Below, piece by piece: positions 58,338-64,000 of a stretch of DNA of 64,000 nt. A program made the position numbers and the translations under genes. Under the pieces are notes generated by a model. That model ran no database searches, was not told the DNA's origin, and saw nothing but the letters and a program-made list of their open reading frames with translations. How positions within the stretch are numbered: position 1 is the stretch's first letter; every line of letters begins with the position of its first letter. The stretch is from a virus (taxonomy: Duplodnaviria > Caudoviricetes): positions 1-64,000 of the IMG/VR virus record IMGVR_UViG_3300032324_000909; one strand, written 5' to 3'.

Positions 58338-60920
58338 ATGTCAAATAAAATTTTAACAGTTAGCGATATTGGGGGGAATTTTTTTGGAGGACTTCCATAT
58401 AATATATCTTGGGATTTTAATGATGGGTCATCCCCATCCACGCTATCTGTAAGTGTAATAACTGAAAATGGCCAATATCCGGATATTGATGGTCAATTAA
58501 CTTTTAATAATGTGGCTAGAGTTACGATAGGTAATTTTATTTTTAATGGGTATCTAGTCGCTTATGATATAAGCAAGTCACCAGATCAGAAAATATTAAA
58601 TTTAAAATATATAGATAAGAGTGCGGACTTGGAAAGATGGTATGTTGGTCTTCGTAAGAGGCATGGAAGTCAGACAGGTACTTCTGGAAAACGTTTAATA
58701 ATTGTTGGAAAAGAATATCATCCGTGTGATCAAAATTATGATTCCACTGTAAGTTATCAAGAATTAAATTCAAATATTATAGACCCTTGTGATCCTTGTC
58801 CTTTTACTCCAGAAAATAAATATCAAAACACATGCGATCAAACTTTGGCAGATTTTCAAATCTTAGAAGTGTATTATACATTTAATGAGTTACTAAATCA
58901 ATTGCCACTACCCTACGATGCGCCCTCTAATATTAATAATAGATTTCGCGCACAACATACCGGCAAATTAAAGGATGTTTTGGGTGCATGGTGTTCTGAT
59001 TTGGGATTGGCTTATTATTGGGATCCAATAAATAATAAGTTGTTTTTTGTAGATAGAAAACACCCATTAAAAATCCCCGCAATTTCGGAGTTAGAAGGAA
59101 TTAGTAATGTTATTGATTTGCAATATGGGGGTAGTAAACAAAATACATTTAGTAGGGGGTTCTTAGGTTACTTTGCCAAAGAAGGTAAAGTACAAAACTA
59201 TACATGCGAATTATCTCAAAGCCAATCTTTCCAAAATCTCAAGTGCTTAACAATGAAGGATCTGCTTAATCCAACAGTTTCTGCAGAACAAAATCCTGCG
59301 GGAGTTAATTTTTTAAAAATGAAGGAATTTCAAGCTATGCTATCTCAGTATGGTAGGGCAACTAGGGATGCTGTTTTATGGTTTTACTCTTATAGGATAC
59401 TAAATGCAGCTAATTTAAATGCATATAAGTATAGTTCAGGTGGTGGTGGTCAGGAACAGTTAAAAATATTGCAGGAACTTGGTAATATGAAAATATTAGA
59501 TATTTATTCAATTAATAATAATAGTGCTAATTTTATTTCATGTAAGAAAAAACTTTCAAAAGAAGAGATAAATGCATTAAAAGAGTTCGATATAAGTAAG
59601 GGAAGAGATCCGGCCACAAATCCTTCTTATTATTTTTTTGTTGCTGAACTTAGTGAAGATTTGGCGGAGCAGCAGTTTAATGATTCTGAATATATAGCCA
59701 AAAACTTTTTGGGTAAATTCTGGCTTAAAAAATTTAATACCCCAATACCCGGAGCGACTAACAGTAGCACTCAAATGACAGCAGAAGGTCCAGACGGTAA
59801 TGTAAATTGGTATCCAGCGCGTGAAGACTTGAGCGGCTTGGATATTTTTAATTTTGGACATCAGACTGGTTCTTTAGTTGGTAATTTAAAGGATGCTTTA
59901 CAGTCAGAACAAATAAGTAATCAAAACCCATTTACTCAGGCTAATGGCGGAGACTCGGCTAAAAAAATTCGTGCAAATAGTTCTTTTTTATTGTTAAATA
60001 GAGATGCTAAATGGAGTCCAAGTGGTGATAATTTAAAATATTATGATACTCTTTTTAAATGGTACGAAGAGCACGTACCGAAGGTATTTGGCAATGCAGA
60101 GGGAAGGCCAGATTTTCTTTATAAGTTATATCCAGAAGCAAAAAAAAATCCAAATATTAAATTATTCTTTGCAAGGGAATTACCATCCTTCAATGTAACT
60201 GTGGCTGATAGCAATCACCCTTTGGACACACCAAGCCCAACCGATAAAACAGTATCGCTAGAGGCAACTGATGGGTCACAAGTAACCAGATCCTTGGGTA
60301 GGTATGGCCTCAGAAGCAATAAATGTGTTAAAATTACATTACCGGGCATGGAAATATTTACTCCATCGCAATGTTTAAGTGATGCATGGACTAATATTAA
60401 TGATGGGGATTCTGGTTATGATATTTATTTGGAAGCTCGTACTAATTTCCCTAAAGTAATACCAAAAATTCAATATACTATAAATAGGGATATAAATAGT
60501 GAAGATGCGGCACAAATTGATTATTATTTAAAAGAAATTAGAGAAGATAACTTAAACTCAATAAGAGGTCCTAATACAAATTGTATTATACCAATAGATG
60601 ATATCAAAAGATATGTAGATTCTATTTATGAAAACTCTAACTATGAAATGACAGAAGTGCAAAAAACGGCATCATTTAAGGTAGCTGGTTTAATGCCAGT
60701 TCAGAATTATGGTGTAAGCGATGGACTTTCTTCCGTACAGATAACTGTATCAGATAATGGTATATATACTTCTTATTCATTTGAAGATAAAGTAGTACAA
60801 CCGCCAAGTGAAGACTATATAATGCAGAATTTAATAGATAAAACTAAACCAATTGGTAGTCTAGATGGCAATATGCCCACAACAAATCACATTAACTTCC
60901 TAAGAGATTCTGGTGTATAA
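58338..60920 (+). CDS. putative baseplate hub/tail protein
   Basis: FNGYLV.Y, WCSDLGLAYYWD; position. Confidence 0.5.
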   Translation: MSNKILTVSDIGGNFFGGLPYNISWDFNDGSSPSTLSVSVITENGQYPDIDGQLTFNNVARVTIGNFIFNGYLVAYDISKSPDQKILNLKYIDKSADLERWYVGLRKRHGSQTGTSGKRLIIVGKEYHPCDQNYDSTVSYQELNSNIIDPCDPCPFTPENKYQNTCDQTLADFQILEVYYTFNELLNQLPLPYDAPSNINNRFRAQHTGKLKDVLGAWCSDLGLAYYWDPINNKLFFVDRKHPLKIPAISELEGISNVIDLQYGGSKQNTFSRGFLGYFAKEGKVQNYTCELSQSQSFQNLKCLTMKDLLNPTVSAEQNPAGVNFLKMKEFQAMLSQYGRATRDAVLWFYSYRILNAANLNAYKYSSGGGGQEQLKILQELGNMKILDIYSINNNSANFISCKKKLSKEEINALKEFDISKGRDPATNPSYYFFVAELSEDLAEQQFNDSEYIAKNFLGKFWLKKFNTPIPGATNSSTQMTAEGPDGNVNWYPAREDLSGLDIFNFGHQTGSLVGNLKDALQSEQISNQNPFTQANGGDSAKKIRANSSFLLLNRDAKWSPSGDNLKYYDTLFKWYEEHVPKVFGNAEGRPDFLYKLYPEAKKNPNIKLFFARELPSFNVTVADSNHPLDTPSPTDKTVSLEATDGSQVTRSLGRYGLRSNKCVKITLPGMEIFTPSQCLSDAWTNINDGDSGYDIYLEARTNFPKVIPKIQYTINRDINSEDAAQIDYYLKEIREDNLNSIRGPNTNCIIPIDDIKRYVDSIYENSNYEMTEVQKTASFKVAGLMPVQNYGVSDGLSSVQITVSDNGIYTSYSFEDKVVQPPSEDYIMQNLIDKTKPIGSLDGNMPTTNHINFLRDSGV

Positions 60921-60938
60921 AAAGTGTAAATAATTTTT

Positions 60939-62876
60939 ATGGTAATTACAGGTGAAAGGCATAGGACAATCTATCCACAAAAAAGTATAAATTGGACTTC
61001 TTCATATGAAATTACAAACACTTATGGAAGATTTTCGGCATCTTTTTCTGGGATCGGTGGTAATTGTAATGTATTTACTCTTCATAACGGTAAGGTTCTT
61101 TCGCCAAAAAATGAAATGGTTGGTTCGTATTTAAATAATGAAACCTTGTCGTTATCAGGAAATATTGGCACAAAAACATTAGATTTATATAAGAATAATG
61201 TGCCCTTATATTTGGGCCTAGAAAGAACCACTACTGGAGATTTAAATACAGTTATTCTTAATGATGTGAGTGGACAGTCTGTTACTCTTAACAATCTAAC
61301 GCTGATTGGTGGAGTTCCAGAACTAATATATAATAAATATTTGACTTTTAATACTGGAGACACTATACCATTTACTATATATAATACAGGTTTAAATAAT
61401 TTAACTATTTTTTCGGGAGCTGTTAATAACAGCAATTTTACATTAATTGGTATTGAAAATTTAACAGTTCCAGCTAGTGGTAGTGGTACTTTTTTTGTTC
61501 AGAGTTTGTTAAGTGGAATAACTTATACTCCGCAGGATATTCCAATATTAATTGATAGCAGCATTGGTAAAAAAAACTTATTATTACAAATATCTGGTAT
61601 ATTACCTCAAGATAATTTATATTACATATCTCTTGGACCGGAAGATGGTAGTGTATATGATGCTACGTATAATACATATAACGTATCCATTGGTAACCCT
61701 TCGGGAGTTGGTTTGTCAATTGGTTTGAATTATATTAGTGGTATAACTGGAGACTATTACCGTATTACTGAAGCCACTGGATTCAAATCTTCTGGAATAG
61801 TATCTGGATTTATATCTGGCACTGGCTATTTAAATGGCAATATTACTGGCGTGATTAGCGGTTTTAATACATTAAACTCACAATATGAATTTGGTGTCGG
61901 AACGGGAAATGCCTATTCTTTATATAAGATATCTGATGATAAGCTTGTTACTGGGTTTTATAGTGTATTAGGAACTGGAATTGGAAATATAAGTGGCCAA
62001 TCAGGGGTGACTGGATATTTTTATTTAACTGGTATTACTGGGGGGCTTTCTGAAACTGGTTATTACAAAAAATCTTTTATAGTTACTGGTAGTGGATACT
62101 ATGTTGATAGTGATAATTATCCATATTACCCATTAGTGACTGGAACTAAACAAGCCAGTGGGATTGTTTTTGTAGATGAAATAAAATTAAATAGTTTTGA
62201 TTATATATCTATAAATAATAGGCCTATATATTATAACAGTGGTACAAATTATTTGCCTCCAAATTATTTTAATAGTAGAACTGGTTTAATTAATATTGTT
62301 AATAACTATACTGGGATTTTTTTATGTACTGGATTTTCTTTTGGGTCTAGTGGTGTAATTTTGAATTCATTACTTATTGGTAATTCAGGTAATTTTATTG
62401 GTTTGGCCGCAAGTGGCTCGGGAGTCAGTACTTCAAGCCCAACATTAATTGATGGTAAAACTTATTATCTACAAATGTCTCCATCTGGTAATTTTTCAGG
62501 GATTGCATCTGTATCATTTGCTTCAACAGGTTACTATACTGGATATAGTTCTGGCAATATAACAGGATATATTAATAAATTTACTGGAGTAAGGCGTTTT
62601 ACTGGTATTTGGGATATACAAACTGGATCAAATTTTAATTTTATTTCATATAGAGATAATAATCTTTTAAGCGGGATAAATTATTATAATTCTATACAGC
62701 CAAGTCCAACAGGTAGCAATTCCGCATTAATTCAGGTTAGATCTTTTTATTCTAATAGTTTAAATACCTTACAAAGCGAGCAAACAGATGTAGCAGATAT
62801 AGTTATTAGTGGTGTAAATTTTGGCCCTTCTGGCAGTGGGATTAATTTTAGATTAGTTGGTATAAAAAATTTATAA
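60939..62876 (+). CDS. TG/SG-rich tail-associated protein
   Basis: repetitive TG/SG beta-strand composition. Confidence 0.5.
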   Translation: MVITGERHRTIYPQKSINWTSSYEITNTYGRFSASFSGIGGNCNVFTLHNGKVLSPKNEMVGSYLNNETLSLSGNIGTKTLDLYKNNVPLYLGLERTTTGDLNTVILNDVSGQSVTLNNLTLIGGVPELIYNKYLTFNTGDTIPFTIYNTGLNNLTIFSGAVNNSNFTLIGIENLTVPASGSGTFFVQSLLSGITYTPQDIPILIDSSIGKKNLLLQISGILPQDNLYYISLGPEDGSVYDATYNTYNVSIGNPSGVGLSIGLNYISGITGDYYRITEATGFKSSGIVSGFISGTGYLNGNITGVISGFNTLNSQYEFGVGTGNAYSLYKISDDKLVTGFYSVLGTGIGNISGQSGVTGYFYLTGITGGLSETGYYKKSFIVTGSGYYVDSDNYPYYPLVTGTKQASGIVFVDEIKLNSFDYISINNRPIYYNSGTNYLPPNYFNSRTGLINIVNNYTGIFLCTGFSFGSSGVILNSLLIGNSGNFIGLAASGSGVSTSSPTLIDGKTYYLQMSPSGNFSGIASVSFASTGYYTGYSSGNITGYINKFTGVRRFTGIWDIQTGSNFNFISYRDNNLLSGINYYNSIQPSPTGSNSALIQVRSFYSNSLNTLQSEQTDVADIVISGVNFGPSGSGINFRLVGIKNL

Positions 62877-62887
62877 TTTAATATATT

Positions 62888-63979
62888 ATGTCTTATTTTA
62901 GAAGAAAGAGTTCTATACCGGAACAGCCTAGTGCCGCTAGGTTTCAATTGTCGGTTGTTTCGGTCACGCAGGGTGGCAATGACATAAGTAAAATTAAGGT
63001 TCATTACGGAGAGATTGATGGAGTTCCACCAGAAGGTCTAACGCCAGAAGAAGAAGAGTTAGATTATCTTATTGAACCGGGCAATTCCTTTATTTATTTA
63101 ATAGTAACATTTGATGGAGATGGAAGGATTAATAGTAGGACTATTGGGTTTGATAATCCAGTGCCAGACGATACGGACGATCAGAAACACATCGTTATTG
63201 GGGAAGTAAAATATGAAGATGGACAGTATACAATTATCAGCCAAAATATAACACAAGATATTTATCCAGAAAAAGCGGTAGTTGTGGACAGAAGCAATGA
63301 CGCATTCGTTTATTCGCTATTTGCTGATCCAAGGAGAATTCACATTATTAATGAACGTGAGATTTTTGGCGTGGATGTTAATGGGGATGGGGCGGTATCT
63401 AAAGTTTATTTAGCAGATCAAGATTATAGGGATTACATTGAAATTAAAAAAAGTTCTTTTGGCGCTCAGGAAGAGGTCTCTGTTAATGGGTACGTAGTGG
63501 ATGCAGGAGAAAATTTTATTTTAAACGCCAAAGCGGATGAGTCTGCTCTCACATTATTTAATGGAGGGAGTAGTTCTTATGTAAAATTAAAACAATCAGT
63601 GCAAGAAACTTCATTATATGGATACGTTGCAAGCGAAGCTGAGTATTTTATATTAAAAGCAGAACTGGAAGGGGCTAGCTTGTATTTGACTAGAGGTACA
63701 AGTGACAGTAATTTAGATGGAGAATCGCTTGTGTTTAATGAAGAAGGAGGCACTACAGCAAGTATTTCGGCGCAGATCCTTAACTTTCAAGGAAGTGAGC
63801 AAAGTACAAGTATCAACAGATCTTCAATATCGATAGATGACTTGTCATCTAGCCGTAGTGTGTACATAAATGTTCCTACTGCTGATGGATCTTCAGTGAG
63901 CGCAACTTGGAAGGAGATTGACGTTTGCGTTAACGGAGTTACAAAGAAGATGCAAGTCCTTGCCACAGATCCTTATTAA
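62888..63979 (+). CDS. putative tail spike/tip protein
   Basis: acidic beta-strand repeats, C-terminal EIDVC. Confidence 0.4.
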   Translation: MSYFRRKSSIPEQPSAARFQLSVVSVTQGGNDISKIKVHYGEIDGVPPEGLTPEEEELDYLIEPGNSFIYLIVTFDGDGRINSRTIGFDNPVPDDTDDQKHIVIGEVKYEDGQYTIISQNITQDIYPEKAVVVDRSNDAFVYSLFADPRRIHIINEREIFGVDVNGDGAVSKVYLADQDYRDYIEIKKSSFGAQEEVSVNGYVVDAGENFILNAKADESALTLFNGGSSSYVKLKQSVQETSLYGYVASEAEYFILKAELEGASLYLTRGTSDSNLDGESLVFNEEGGTTASISAQILNFQGSEQSTSINRSSISIDDLSSSRSVYINVPTADGSSVSATWKEIDVCVNGVTKKMQVLATDPY

Positions 63980-64000
63980 CCTATTTATGGCAATTTATAT

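Noticed and set aside
1-64000. Alternative genetic code
   Set aside because: Long genes are intact under the standard code, all three stop codons end genes, and no suppressor tRNA was seen

Overview
This window is 64 kb of a large tailed dsDNA phage genome. It is probably a siphovirus (tail tube and a 1929-aa tape measure, no sheath seen) infecting a diderm host, with PVC/Verrucomicrobia suggested by a PATR-repeat protein and SD-less translation. It falls into two parts. (1) 1-21.8 kb is an early/accessory region: RuvB-like ATPase, rIIA/rIIB, 11 tRNAs, an HNH gene, an HhH glycosylase, DUF932, GP88, a ~290-nt structured ncRNA candidate, and dozens of tiny, mostly leaderless genes with their own sigma70-type promoters. 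(2) 22-64 kb is an AT-richer late region: adhesin-like genes, Hsp20, LpxH-like phosphoesterase, PhoH, a phage sigma factor, ERCC4 nuclease, terminase, portal, lysis cassette, head and tail genes. The strongest unexplained signal is a family of 14 composite intergenic elements at 3.2-20.8 kb, spaced 0.4-2.6 kb apart. Each has a GCCSGGC-N3-GCCSGGC core followed 3 bp later by a 27-bp double-IHF-like dyad, and most are preceded by TTGT-N3-ACAA boxes. They split the early region into gene cassettes, and 12 of 14 keep the same orientation regardless of gene direction. Other signals: a telomere-like AACCCT array at the early/late junction (possible genome end), CCWGG avoidance, a GTGTAAW late-promoter motif, an atypical long-arm tRNA(UAU), and GYIPNFA-delimited modules inside the tape measure protein. 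All calls come from reading the sequence; no database searches were run.
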